Sequence record: SRR31156797_4947
Direction: 5' to 3' (one strand)
Length of the DNA: 47,541 nucleotides
Below are positions 1-9,255 of this stretch, in pieces; the first letter of the stretch is position 1; every line of letters starts with the position of its first letter. Both the position numbers and the translations under genes were made by a program. Below the pieces are notes generated by a model. That model ran no database searches and was not told the origin of the DNA. It saw only the letters and a list, made by a program, of their open reading frames with translations.

Positions 1-29
1 CTTTGGCCCTCGGAGAGCCGCCGGAGGCA
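1..29 (+). repeat. Short intergenic repeat, copy 1 (CTTTGGCC...GCCGCCGGAGGCA), cut by the window edge
   Basis: Shares CTTTG(G/A)CC and CCGCCGGAGGC with 32540-32557 (+) and 47518-47534 (-). Confidence 0.6.
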
Positions 30-32
30 TTC

Positions 33-1070
33 TTAAAGAATTTTACTAATAGCGGAAAGGTCGGAAAGTTTACCGACTGTGAGCAGAGTATCACCTGCTT
101 CGATGACTTCTTTTGGGCCGGGATTGAAGACCATTTCGCCATTAGCTTTGCGGATAGCGATGATAATCAGATTGAAACGTGGACGAATCTTGGATTCAAT
201 CAAATCCAGCCCAACAAGCTCGGAAGCATCGGTAACGAAAAGTTCTTCCATCTGCAAGTCGATTTTACCACGCATGGCAATATCGAGAAAGTTTGTCACT
301 GTGGGCCGCAATACGGACTGAGCCATGCGGATCCCACCAATCGTGTGCGGCAGGACAACGCGGTCAGCCCCGGCAAATTCAAGCCGCGAGATGCTGGCTG
401 TATCATTACCACGGGCAATAATATTCACTTTGATATTGGACTGTCGGGCAATCAGGGTCACGTAGACATTGGCAGCTTCATCGGAAAGCGCAGCAATCAG
501 GGTCTTGGCGTTATGCAAGCCGGCTAGTTTGAGAGTTTCGTCACTGGTGGCATCACCTTCAATACAGGCGACCCCGGCTGCTTCCATCTGAGCAATCAGA
601 TCAGGATTGTTTTCGATTACAACAATATCAAGACCTTCATCCATGACCTCTTTGGTCACAATGGCCCCGATCCGACCATAACCGCAGACAATAATATGAT
701 TCTTGAGTTTTCCGATTGTCTTCTGCATCCTGCGTCTCCCTAGAATTGCCTGCAACCGCCCTTCCACCAACAGTTGTGAAAAAGCACCGATCAAATATGC
801 AAAACCACCCACTCCGCCGAGGATCAGAATAGAGGTAAAAAGCCTGCCCTGATCGGACAAAGGCAATACTTCCATAAATCCCACAGTGGAAAGAGTGATG
901 ACAACCATGTAGAAACTGTTCAGTAAATTCCATCCTTCAATCCACATATAGCCGATAATTCCGCTGATAAAAACAAGCGTCATATAAATGAAACCGGAGA
1001 TAAGACCCCAGAACATTCCGAAATCACGCCTTAAGCGGAGCAGCCTTACAAATAGGGATTTGGATTTCAT
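33..1070 (-). CDS. Potassium channel protein (2TM pore plus RCK_N/TrkA-N and RCK_C/TrkA-C)
   Basis: Pore helix and filter ITLSTVGF, Rossmann motif IIVCGYGRIG, GDAT motif, C-terminal IIAIRK...NPGP...IEAGDTL. Confidence 0.9.
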   Translation of the reverse strand: MKSKSLFVRLLRLRRDFGMFWGLISGFIYMTLVFISGIIGYMWIEGWNLLNSFYMVVITLSTVGFMEVLPLSDQGRLFTSILILGGVGGFAYLIGAFSQLLVEGRLQAILGRRRMQKTIGKLKNHIIVCGYGRIGAIVTKEVMDEGLDIVVIENNPDLIAQMEAAGVACIEGDATSDETLKLAGLHNAKTLIAALSDEAANVYVTLIARQSNIKVNIIARGNDTASISRLEFAGADRVVLPHTIGGIRMAQSVLRPTVTNFLDIAMRGKIDLQMEELFVTDASELVGLDLIESKIRPRFNLIIIAIRKANGEMVFNPGPKEVIEAGDTLLTVGKLSDLSAISKIL

Positions 1071-1106
1071 TCCTGACAGTCCAGGTTGATTGTTAACCGA
1101 CAGATA

Positions 1107-3113
1107 TTATCCGAGACTGAGAATCTTCTCTCGCAAGACCTGAATGCGGTCACGCAGTTCGGCAGCCTTTTCAAATTCAAGCTCTGCCGCATACTTGCGC
1201 ATATCCTTTTCAAGCTTGCGAACTTCTTTTTCCATTTTTGCGGGATCAAGTCCATACTCGGCCGCTTCTTCAGCCGCGACCTTAACCTCACCGCCTGACC
1301 AGTTATCAGAGTACAATGTTCCCAGCATATTATCCAGTGATTTAGCAATGGTCTGAGGCACGATACCGTGAGCCTCATTGTATTCCATCTGCTTGGCTCG
1401 ACGACGGTAAGTTTCGTCCATGGCAGTACGCATGGATTTAGTCACATTATCCGCATAAAGGATAACCCGCCCTTCAGAGTTACGGGCCGCGCGACCAAAT
1501 GTCTGGATCAGGGAACGGGTTGAACGCAAGAACCCTTCTTTGTCCGCATCCAAAATAGCAACGAGGGAAACTTCAGGGATATCAAGACCTTCGCGCAGCA
1601 GGTTAATCCCCACAAGGGCCACAAATTCCCCGGCACGCAAGGACTGGATAATCGCCATACGCTCCATGGTATCGATATCGGAGTGCAGGTATTTGGCCTC
1701 CACTCCCATCTGATTGAAATAATCGGTCAGATCTTCAGCCATGCGCTTGGTCAGGGTAGTTATCAGCACCCGCTCGCCGCGCTTCTCGCGCTCTTTACAT
1801 TCGGCAAGCAGATCATCCATTTGCCCTTTGACCGGACGTACTTCAATTTCAGGATCAAGCAAGCCGGTAGGACGAATGATCTGTTCCACCACCAATCCTT
1901 GGGCCCGATCCATTTCCCATGGTCCGGGAGTTGCGGAAACATAGACGGTCTGCCCGATTTTGTCGAGAAACTCCTCAAAGCATAACGGACGGTTATCCAG
2001 CGCGGAAGGCAACCTGAAACCGAAGTTAACCAAAGTCGTTTTGCGCGAACGATCACCATTATACATGGCGCCAACCTGCGGCACGGCTATATGGGATTCA
2101 TCCATAAAAAGCAGAAAATCATCCGGGAAATAATGGATCAGAGTTGCCGGAGGCTCACCTTCCTTACGTCCATCCAAGTGACGGGAATAGTTCTCAATTC
2201 CGTTACAATAACCAATCTCCTCGATCATCTCCAGATCATACATGGTACGCTGCTCAATGCGCTGCGCTTCCACCAGCTTGCTATCATTCTTGTATGCGAT
2301 CAGGGTCTCGGTCAACTCATTGCGGATGTCCTCCCGAGCACGCTCAAGGTTGTCTTGATCCGAAACAAAGTGACTGGCCGGATAGATAACCGTTTTGCGC
2401 CTGCGCCCGGTAACTTCCCCGGTCAGTGGATCGGTCTCAAGGATGGAGTCGATCTCATCACCAAAAAATTCAATGCGCAGGGCCTGCTCGCGGGCATAGG
2501 CTGGAATTATTTCGATGACGTCACCGCGCACCCGAAAGGTTCCGCGGTGAAAATCATAATCATTGCGCACGTACTGCACTTCCACCAGCCGATCCATGAG
2601 TTCTTCCATGGAAAGTTCCTGCCCCTCTTCCACCGGAATGATCATCTTGGCGTAAAATTCCGGTGAACCGAGGCCGTAGATGCAGGAAACAGAAGCCACG
2701 ATGAGCACGTCACGCCGAGTCAGCAGGGCATGAGTGGCGGAATGGCGCAGTTTATCAATGTCGTCGTTGATGGACGAATCTTTCTCGATGTAAGTATCGG
2801 AATGCGGCAGGTAGGCTTCCGGCTGGTAGTAATCGTAATAACTAACAAAATATTCAACAGCATTATTCGGAAACAGAGCCTTGAACTCATTAAAAAGCTG
2901 GGCTGCAAGGGTCTTGTTGGGAGCCATGACCAAGGTTGGTCGGTTCAGTTCCTTAACAACATTAGCCATGGCAAAGGTTTTACCTGTACCGGTAGCACCA
3001 AGCAGGATCTGATCCTGCACACCATGCTTAATATTTTCGATCAGTTGCTTCACCGCTTCAGGCTGGTCACCTTTAAGGGTGTAGTCACTTACAAGCTCAA
3101 AATTGTTCGCCAT
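1107..3113 (-). CDS. uvrB: Excinuclease ABC subunit B
   Basis: GATGTGKT Walker [11 protein letters not shown] beta-hairpin, DESH, C-terminal UVR domain ([11 protein letters not shown]). Confidence 0.98.
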   Translation of the reverse strand: MANNFELVSDYTLKGDQPEAVKQLIENIKHGVQDQILLGATGTGKTFAMANVVKELNRPTLVMAPNKTLAAQLFNEFKALFPNNAVEYFVSYYDYYQPEAYLPHSDTYIEKDSSINDDIDKLRHSATHALLTRRDVLIVASVSCIYGLGSPEFYAKMIIPVEEGQELSMEELMDRLVEVQYVRNDYDFHRGTFRVRGDVIEIIPAYAREQALRIEFFGDEIDSILETDPLTGEVTGRRRKTVIYPASHFVSDQDNLERAREDIRNELTETLIAYKNDSKLVEAQRIEQRTMYDLEMIEEIGYCNGIENYSRHLDGRKEGEPPATLIHYFPDDFLLFMDESHIAVPQVGAMYNGDRSRKTTLVNFGFRLPSALDNRPLCFEEFLDKIGQTVYVSATPGPWEMDRAQGLVVEQIIRPTGLLDPEIEVRPVKGQMDDLLAECKEREKRGERVLITTLTKRMAEDLTDYFNQMGVEAKYLHSDIDTMERMAIIQSLRAGEFVALVGINLLREGLDIPEVSLVAILDADKEGFLRSTRSLIQTFGRAARNSEGRVILYADNVTKSMRTAMDETYRRRAKQMEYNEAHGIVPQTIAKSLDNMLGTLYSDNWSGGEVKVAAEEAAEYGLDPAKMEKEVRKLEKDMRKYAAELEFEKAAELRDRIQVLREKILSLG

Positions 3114-3212
3114 TATGATCGGTTCCCGACTTGTGCTGTTAAATTAAAATAGTTATGAGAAGAAAGTAACAAGCTGAGAAGCTCATTAAAACATTCATTT
3201 TGCGAGGTAGCA

Positions 3213-3710
3213 ATGATTCCTATAATCCAAATAGAAAACGGAGAAATCCCCAGTCCGCGCGGATACGCCGTATCCATGGTCATCAAAAGCTTCAAAGGCC
3301 GCCGCGACGTTGAAGTACATCTTTTCCGTCCCGAATGGGATGCAGCGGATGAAACGGAAATCAAGTGGGACAACCTTTTCGGAGCTCCCGCCACTCTTGA
3401 TGCCATCCCCGATGAGAAAAAAGACCGCAAAATTGTCCTTGAATCTTTCACCATGGAAGAGCGCGACAAGGTCGTTGAATATCTCAAGGAACACTACTCC
3501 ACAAGGCTGGAATCCATCTTCTCCACTCCCATGGAATTCCCCGTACCCGCAGGATTGCCGCCGCTTTCATCCATCACCGAAGGCAAGGATATCGGGCTGA
3601 TCAAGTTTGAGAGAGTACCTCACTTCGACCTGCCCTTCGCCCTGCGTGGCCTTTACAACCTCGGCGCACACCGCCCGCTGGTTGAAACCCGCGAAGGTGA
3701 TGATAATTAA
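3213..3710 (+). CDS. Hypothetical protein
   Basis: 165-aa ORF with GAGGT RBS and host-like codon usage, filling the gap after uvrB; no motif recognised. Confidence 0.8.
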   Translation: MIPIIQIENGEIPSPRGYAVSMVIKSFKGRRDVEVHLFRPEWDAADETEIKWDNLFGAPATLDAIPDEKKDRKIVLESFTMEERDKVVEYLKEHYSTRLESIFSTPMEFPVPAGLPPLSSITEGKDIGLIKFERVPHFDLPFALRGLYNLGAHRPLVETREGDDN

Positions 3711-3718
3711 CCTTTTCT

Positions 3719-3754
3719 GGTTGCCTAAGATTCTCAAAGAGAACTTAGGCAACC
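3719..3754. other. Long inverted repeat upstream of fosX
   Basis: GGTTGCCTAAG-A-TTCTC-AAA-GAGAA-CTTAGGCAACC: 16-bp stem with one bulge and no T-tract on the + strand. Confidence 0.6.
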
Positions 3755-3781
3755 GTTATAAAAATACAGGCTGCCGTTAAT

Positions 3782-4189
3782 ATGACAGTTCAAGGGTTAA
3801 GCCACATAACTCTCATAGTTACCGATCTGGAACGCACATCCAAACTATTATGTGAAGGGCTAGGGGCACAAGAAATATACGACAGCAAACACAAAAACTT
3901 CTCCATATCACAAGAGAAGTTTTTCTTATTGGGTGGGATCTGGTTAGCTACAATGAAAGGCGAACCAACTGAACGTTCCTACAGACATATAGCCTTCAAA
4001 ATCGATGACAAAGACCTGTCATCATTTGAGAAAAAATTAAGATTTGTCGGAGTTGAAATCCTGCCACCACGCCCTCGTATTGAGGGAGAAGGTAGATCTC
4101 TTTACTTCTATGATTTCGACAACAATCTTTTTGAACTGCATACCGAGACCTTAGATATGCGACTATCCAGCTACAAAAACAACGCATAA
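3782..4189 (+). CDS. fosX: FosX/FosE/FosI-family fosfomycin resistance hydrolase (VOC fold)
   Basis: GLSHITLIV, EIYDS...FSISQEKFF, YRHIAF, PRPRIEGEGRSLYFYDFDNNLFELHT...RL signature of the FosX family. Confidence 0.9.
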   Translation: MTVQGLSHITLIVTDLERTSKLLCEGLGAQEIYDSKHKNFSISQEKFFLLGGIWLATMKGEPTERSYRHIAFKIDDKDLSSFEKKLRFVGVEILPPRPRIEGEGRSLYFYDFDNNLFELHTETLDMRLSSYKNNA

Positions 4190-4199
4190 AAGCTAATCA

Positions 4200-4922
4200 C
4201 TAGCTCAAAACTTCCGTTATCATCTCATACTCCCCTTCCATAAACTCCCACGTTCCCCGCAGGGCCGGGTGTTCAAGAGCCTCATCAAGCATTTCAAGAA
4301 AATGCTCCCGACTGACTTCTTCAGCTCCTAAGGATTTGAGGTGATCTGTGGGCTGCTGGCAGTCCACAAAATGAAATTCGCGGTTTTTAAGCCATTGCAC
4401 TAGATATGAAAAGCCGACCTTGGAGGCATCCGGCTCAAGAAAAAACATGGACTCCCCGGAAAAAACCTTACCAAGCGAAACTCCGTAAAGCCCACCGACA
4501 AGATTGCCTTCCCGGTTCCAGACTTCCACACTGTGCACAAAGCCAAGTTTGTGCAGCTTCACATAGGCCTCAACCATTTCAGGTAAAATCCAAGTCCCGG
4601 CCTGCCCCGGACGGAATTTACGTGCGCAATTAGCAATCACGCTTTCAAAAGCATGATCAAGGGTAACAGTGTATTCCCTTTTCCTGACCTTACGCTTTAC
4701 CCGGCGGGAAACGTGCAGCCTATCGAAATTTAATATTAAACGAGGGTCAAGCGACCACCACAGAATCGGCGAACGCTCATCATACCACGGAAAAATACCT
4801 GAAGCATAAGCAGAGAGCAGCCTCTCCGGGCTTAGGTCACCCCCCACCGCAAGCAGTCCATCCGGTTCTGCTTCTTCTGGATGAGGAAAAATGGGGTCTT
4901 CTATCAATCTGTAAACAACCAT
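4200..4922 (-). CDS. aat: Leucyl/phenylalanyl-tRNA-protein transferase
   Basis: DGLLAVGGDLSPERLLSAYASGIFPW, HSVEVW, GGLYGV, GESMF, DASK motifs. Confidence 0.96.
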   Translation of the reverse strand: MVVYRLIEDPIFPHPEEAEPDGLLAVGGDLSPERLLSAYASGIFPWYDERSPILWWSLDPRLILNFDRLHVSRRVKRKVRKREYTVTLDHAFESVIANCARKFRPGQAGTWILPEMVEAYVKLHKLGFVHSVEVWNREGNLVGGLYGVSLGKVFSGESMFFLEPDASKVGFSYLVQWLKNREFHFVDCQQPTDHLKSLGAEEVSREHFLEMLDEALEHPALRGTWEFMEGEYEMITEVLS

Positions 4923-5030
4923 AATAATCCTTTGCTTTTCCGCCTATACTTAATAATAACCGATTATTATGATTTGGCAATAGAGATTTAACTATAATAT
5001 TGGTTAAGAATTTTATAATCTTCGCAACCC

Positions 5031-5065
5031 AAAAAAAGAGGAAGCTCCCTACGAAGCTTCCTCTC
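5031..5065 (-). terminator. Rho-independent terminator after clpA
   Basis: Stem AGAGGAAGCT/AGCTTCCTCT followed by a T-run on the minus strand. Confidence 0.75.
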
Positions 5066-5097
5066 TGAATTCAACTTATTAATTCAGCTTAACCGCC

Positions 5098-7407
5098 CTA
5101 CTTCTTACTCGAAGTCTTGAACTTAAAGCTGAGCTTCTCATCTTCGCCCTTACCCTTGGTGGAGACAGTGACTGTTCCACCCTTGACCAGCTTGCCGAAG
5201 AGAATTTCATCGGCAATTTCATCCTTAATGGAAGTCTGAATCAGACGAGCCATAGGCCTTGCACCGTAAGCCGGATCGTGGCCCTTTTCAGCCAGCCAGC
5301 GGCGGGACTTCTTGTCCAGCTCAATGGTGACCCTGTTGTCGAGTAACTGTCCGTTGAGTTCCTTAATAAACTTCTCAACGATCAGTTCCATGACATCGAT
5401 CTGTAAGGAATTGAACGGTACGATTCCATCAAGCCTGTTGCGGAATTCGGGGCTGAAGATCTTTTCAACCGCCTTGAGTCCGCGACCCTTGTCCTCACCA
5501 CCCTTCACGCTGGCACCGAAACCGATTCCGCCCTTGGCCATTTCACGCGCTCCGGCATTGGAGGTCATGAGTAGGACAACGTGCCTGAAATCAGCCTTGC
5601 GACCGTTGTTATCAGTCAGGGTAGCATAATCCATTACCTGCAAGAGAATGTTGAAAACATCCGGATGAGCCTTCTCGATTTCATCAAAAAGGATCACACA
5701 ATGCGGGTTCTTACGTACGCCCTCGGTGAGCAAGCCGCCCTGATCAAATCCCACGTAGCCCGGAGGTGCACCGATGAGGCGGGCAACCGCATGCTTCTCC
5801 ATGTACTCACTCATGTCAAAACGCATGAAGTGTACGCCCATAGTGGAAGCAAGCTGACGGGCCAGTTCGGTCTTACCAACCCCGGTGGGTCCGGTAAGCA
5901 GAAAAGAACCGGTAGGTCTGCCGACCTGCTTCATGCCTGCACGTGAACGCAGGATAGCCTTGGTGATTATGTCGACAGCCTCATCCTGCCCGAAAACAAC
6001 GTTCTTCAGGTTGATGTCCAGTTCCTGCAAGCGGGAACGGTCGGACATGGTAATGCGCCGTGTGGGAATACGGGCCATCTTGGAAATGACCTTTTCCACA
6101 TCAGAAACCACAATGCGATTATCCTTACGCTTACGCTGGCTAAGGTTGTAAAACGCCCCGGCCTCATCAATGACGTCAATAGCTTTGTCCGGCAGAAAAC
6201 GCTCATTGATATGCCTGCCGGAAAGCTCAGCAGCGGCCTTGATTGCAGAAGGAGCGTAAAGTACGTGGTGATGCTCCTCGTAATAGGGCTTGAGGCCCTT
6301 AAGGATTTCTATAGTCTCTTCAACAGAGGGTTCACTGATATCGATCTTCTGGAACCTGCGAGAAAGAGCACGATCCTTTTCAAAATGGTTCTTGTATTCC
6401 TCGTAGGTAGTGGCACCGATACAACGAATTTCACCGGACGCAAGGAACGGCTTAAGAATGTTAGACGCATCCATGGAACCGCCACTGACGGCTCCGGCTC
6501 CTACGATGGTGTGAATCTCATCCACAAAAAGAATTGCTCCTTCCTTGTGCTTGAGCTGGGCCAGAACTCCCTTGAGTCGCGACTCAAAATCACCGCGATA
6601 CTTGGTGCCAGCCAGCAGTGCGCCCATATCGAGAGCAAAAACATCAGTATTTGCAAAAGATGCCGGGACATTATCCTTGGCGATTGCACGGGCCAGACCT
6701 TCAGCCATGGCTGTCTTACCCACACCGGGATCACCTACGAAAATGGGGTTGTTCTTGCGTCTGCGGGAAAGGACCTGCAAAGTCCGCTCAACCTCGCTAT
6801 CACGCCCTATGAGCGGATCAATCTTGCCGTCCCGGGCACGCTGGGTAAGATTGGTAGTGAACTCTTCCAGCGGAGACTTCTTGTCGTCCTTGCCTCCGGA
6901 AGGCTTGCCTTCAGGGGAAGCACCACTTCCGCCCTGCTGAGGATTGGGGCTTATATCCAACCCTTCAGCCCAATCATTTTCAGTCATTGAATGGGAAATA
7001 TATTCAAGGATATCAAGACGTGAGACATCATGGGTCTTCAGGAAATAGACTGCATAAGAGTCTTCTTCCTCAAACATGGCGGCGACAACATCGCCCACTT
7101 CCACAACATCCTTGCCTGCGGCCTTCTTCTGCCAGATCGCTCGTTGCAGGACACGTCTAACCCCCAAAGTCTGGATAACTTCGGTATCCACACCAGTGGG
7201 CAGAGGTTCGAGGTTTTCATCAAAAAAACGTTCCAGCTGGCTGCGAAGCTTGGAAAGCTCTGCCCCGCACCCGGCGAGAATGTCTGCACCCATCTCCTCC
7301 TGAATTATTGCGTATAACAGATGTTCAAGAGTGAGGAATTCGTGATTTCTGAGCCTGACTTCATTAACCGCAGAAGTCAGTGCCTGTTCCAATGCCTTAC
7401 TGAGCAT
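5098..7407 (-). CDS. clpA: ATP-dependent Clp protease ATP-binding subunit ClpA
   Basis: Clp-N domain, two AAA+ modules (GDPGVGKT, GPTGVGKT), IGF loop, no ClpB middle coiled coil; follows clpS. Confidence 0.96.
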   Translation of the reverse strand: MLSKALEQALTSAVNEVRLRNHEFLTLEHLLYAIIQEEMGADILAGCGAELSKLRSQLERFFDENLEPLPTGVDTEVIQTLGVRRVLQRAIWQKKAAGKDVVEVGDVVAAMFEEEDSYAVYFLKTHDVSRLDILEYISHSMTENDWAEGLDISPNPQQGGSGASPEGKPSGGKDDKKSPLEEFTTNLTQRARDGKIDPLIGRDSEVERTLQVLSRRRKNNPIFVGDPGVGKTAMAEGLARAIAKDNVPASFANTDVFALDMGALLAGTKYRGDFESRLKGVLAQLKHKEGAILFVDEIHTIVGAGAVSGGSMDASNILKPFLASGEIRCIGATTYEEYKNHFEKDRALSRRFQKIDISEPSVEETIEILKGLKPYYEEHHHVLYAPSAIKAAAELSGRHINERFLPDKAIDVIDEAGAFYNLSQRKRKDNRIVVSDVEKVISKMARIPTRRITMSDRSRLQELDINLKNVVFGQDEAVDIITKAILRSRAGMKQVGRPTGSFLLTGPTGVGKTELARQLASTMGVHFMRFDMSEYMEKHAVARLIGAPPGYVGFDQGGLLTEGVRKNPHCVILFDEIEKAHPDVFNILLQVMDYATLTDNNGRKADFRHVVLLMTSNAGAREMAKGGIGFGASVKGGEDKGRGLKAVEKIFSPEFRNRLDGIVPFNSLQIDVMELIVEKFIKELNGQLLDNRVTIELDKKSRRWLAEKGHDPAYGARPMARLIQTSIKDEIADEILFGKLVKGGTVTVSTKGKGEDEKLSFKFKTSSKK

Positions 7408-7408
7408 A

Positions 7409-7717
7409 CTAGACCTCTTCGATTGTGCATTTCAGCGGGTAGCCTGCCTGCAGTGCAAGCTGCTTGACCATTTCAACGCGTGTTTCAGCAACTTCTGCCG
7501 TGTAAACTCCACATACCCCGACCCCGTCATTATGGACTTGGAGCATTATTTTCGTGGATTCCTCTTCTGTTTTCCTGAAAACCTGCATGAGCACGGCCAC
7601 AACGAATTCCATAGAAGTGTAATCGTCATTGTGCAGCAACACCCGGAACTTCCGTGGTTCCTTAAGCTCGTCCTCCAGCAGTACATCTGACTCAAAATTT
7701 TCTTTATATTCAGCCAT
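7409..7717 (-). CDS. clpS: ClpAP adaptor ClpS
   Basis: VLLHNDDYTSMEFVV...MLQVH..G...YPLKC motif. Confidence 0.96.
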   Translation of the reverse strand: MAEYKENFESDVLLEDELKEPRKFRVLLHNDDYTSMEFVVAVLMQVFRKTEEESTKIMLQVHNDGVGVCGVYTAEVAETRVEMVKQLALQAGYPLKCTIEEV

Positions 7718-7840
7718 TTTTTTTACTTCAAATATTTTTATGTTCTACTATAGTTAACAATAAGAATAATTTCCCCACCTGTCGAGGAAGATTTATTCAT
7801 TTTTATGCTATAAAAAACCTAAAAAGCTATAACTCAAACT

Positions 7841-8416
7841 TTAAAGTAATGCTTGAACTTCTTGCGAAGTAAAAACAAAATTTTCATCTGCCTCCAATCC
7901 GCTATCCTTTCTGTAGTCTCGGTTAAGCTCATGATATGTCTTTTTACAGGCATCATCAGGACTTAACCCCAGCTTATCAGCACAGGACAAAATTCCGTCT
8001 TCAGTTCCTTCAACTTCAATAAACGGGCCAAAGGGGAGCAGATCCAGACAAATATGACAGCTTTCGAAATCCCATTCCTCTCGAATTTTCTCATAACAAA
8101 AAACAGGGGCATAGCCTAAGACCTGCAAGGCTGCCACAGTCTCGTCAAAATTCGAAACTTCGGTTTCATGCTCAATATAGACCTTAGCCTTGCCGGAAAC
8201 CGGATCAGCGGGAATGCGTTTAACAGTCATGGTCACCTTATCCGCCTGCCGCACCCGCAGCAAGGCAGATCTTTTATAAAGCGTACGGCCCGGATCATCG
8301 AGCACAACATTACGTTCATAATGGCGGGTAAGCAATTCTGCACCCTGCTCTTTCAAAATCATCCGAGTTTTGTCGTGATCTGCATTCAGGTATTTCAATT
8401 CGGTTTCTAGGGCCAT
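7841..8416 (-). CDS. CYTH-domain protein (class IV adenylate cyclase / triphosphate tunnel metalloenzyme family)
   Basis: N-terminal ExExK (ETELK), LRVR, YEKIRE and FIEVEG motifs. Confidence 0.88.
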   Translation of the reverse strand: MALETELKYLNADHDKTRMILKEQGAELLTRHYERNVVLDDPGRTLYKRSALLRVRQADKVTMTVKRIPADPVSGKAKVYIEHETEVSNFDETVAALQVLGYAPVFCYEKIREEWDFESCHICLDLLPFGPFIEVEGTEDGILSCADKLGLSPDDACKKTYHELNRDYRKDSGLEADENFVFTSQEVQALL

Positions 8417-8485
8417 TTTCCTTTTCTCTCTTAACTTGAAGTGCTACAAAATATTAATAAATGAACGCCACTGAAGGATTTTGAA

Positions 8486-8866
8486 ATGCATAAATATTTA
8501 TACATCGCGGCAGGCGGAGCAGCCGGAAGCCTCTGCCGTTATCTTGTTTCCGGCATAACCCAACGGATGTTTGCCACATCCTTCCCCATAGGAACATTTT
8601 CAGTGAATATGCTCGGTTGCCTGCTGTTCGGGCTGGTTACCGGATTATTTGAAGACCGTCTCGGCTTACCACCGGAAATGCGTCTCCTTATCCTAACCGG
8701 ATTTATGGGTGCGTTCACCACATTCTCAACTTACATGTTTGAGTCAACCAGCCTGATTAAATCAGGCCAATGGGCCATGACCGCCCTGAATATAGGCGGT
8801 CAAAGTATATTAGGATTCGCCTGCATTATCGGTGGGCTGGCACTGGGTAGATTGATTGTTTCCTGA
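8486..8866 (+). CDS. crcB: Fluoride channel CrcB/Fluc
   Basis: GGAAGSLCRY, FPIGTFSVN, TGFMGAFTTFSTY motifs. Confidence 0.95.
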   Translation: MHKYLYIAAGGAAGSLCRYLVSGITQRMFATSFPIGTFSVNMLGCLLFGLVTGLFEDRLGLPPEMRLLILTGFMGAFTTFSTYMFESTSLIKSGQWAMTALNIGGQSILGFACIIGGLALGRLIVS

Positions 8867-8899
8867 TCTTAAACAACCATTTAATACGGAGAACTCGCC

Positions 8900-9247
8900 A
8901 TGACCCTAACGGAAAAAGCCATAAGACTCAAAATCTTCACCGGAGAGGAAAATAGAATCAAACACCGCCCCCTCTACGAAGTAATCGTCGAAGAAGCGCG
9001 CAAACAAGGTCTTGCCGGAGCATCGGTTTACCGGGGTGTAATGGGTTATGGAGCCAACAGTCAGGTCCGCACAACCTCTATCCTCAGGCTTTCCGAAGAC
9101 CTGCCCCTGATAATCGAGATCATTGACCAACCGGAAAAGATTGAAAAATTCACGAACTTTCTAAGCGAAAACATGACTGAAGGACTGGTCACTTCCGAAG
9201 AGGTGAACATAGTCATCCACAAACACAATAAAGGCGAAAAGCTGTAA
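8900..9247 (+). CDS. DUF190 family protein (PII-like fold)
   Basis: LYEVIVEEARKQGLAGASVYRGVMGYG...LSEDLPLIIEIID; typical crcB neighbour. Confidence 0.88.
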   Translation: MTLTEKAIRLKIFTGEENRIKHRPLYEVIVEEARKQGLAGASVYRGVMGYGANSQVRTTSILRLSEDLPLIIEIIDQPEKIEKFTNFLSENMTEGLVTSEEVNIVIHKHNKGEKL

Positions 9248-9255
9248 TTAAAGAA

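Noticed and set aside
3704-4200. fosX as an integron cassette
   Set aside because: The upstream hairpin lacks proper RYYYAAC/GTTRRRY boxes and the spacer before R'. There is no attC after fosX and no integrase.
4953-4970. ATAATAA-CCGA-TTATTAT palindrome upstream of aat as a Fur/PerR box
   Set aside because: Very AT-rich context and spacing that does not fit the 7-1-7 pattern; likely chance.
8417-8485. Fluoride riboswitch before crcB
   Set aside because: The spacer is short and AT-rich, without the conserved GATG...TGA pseudoknot pattern.
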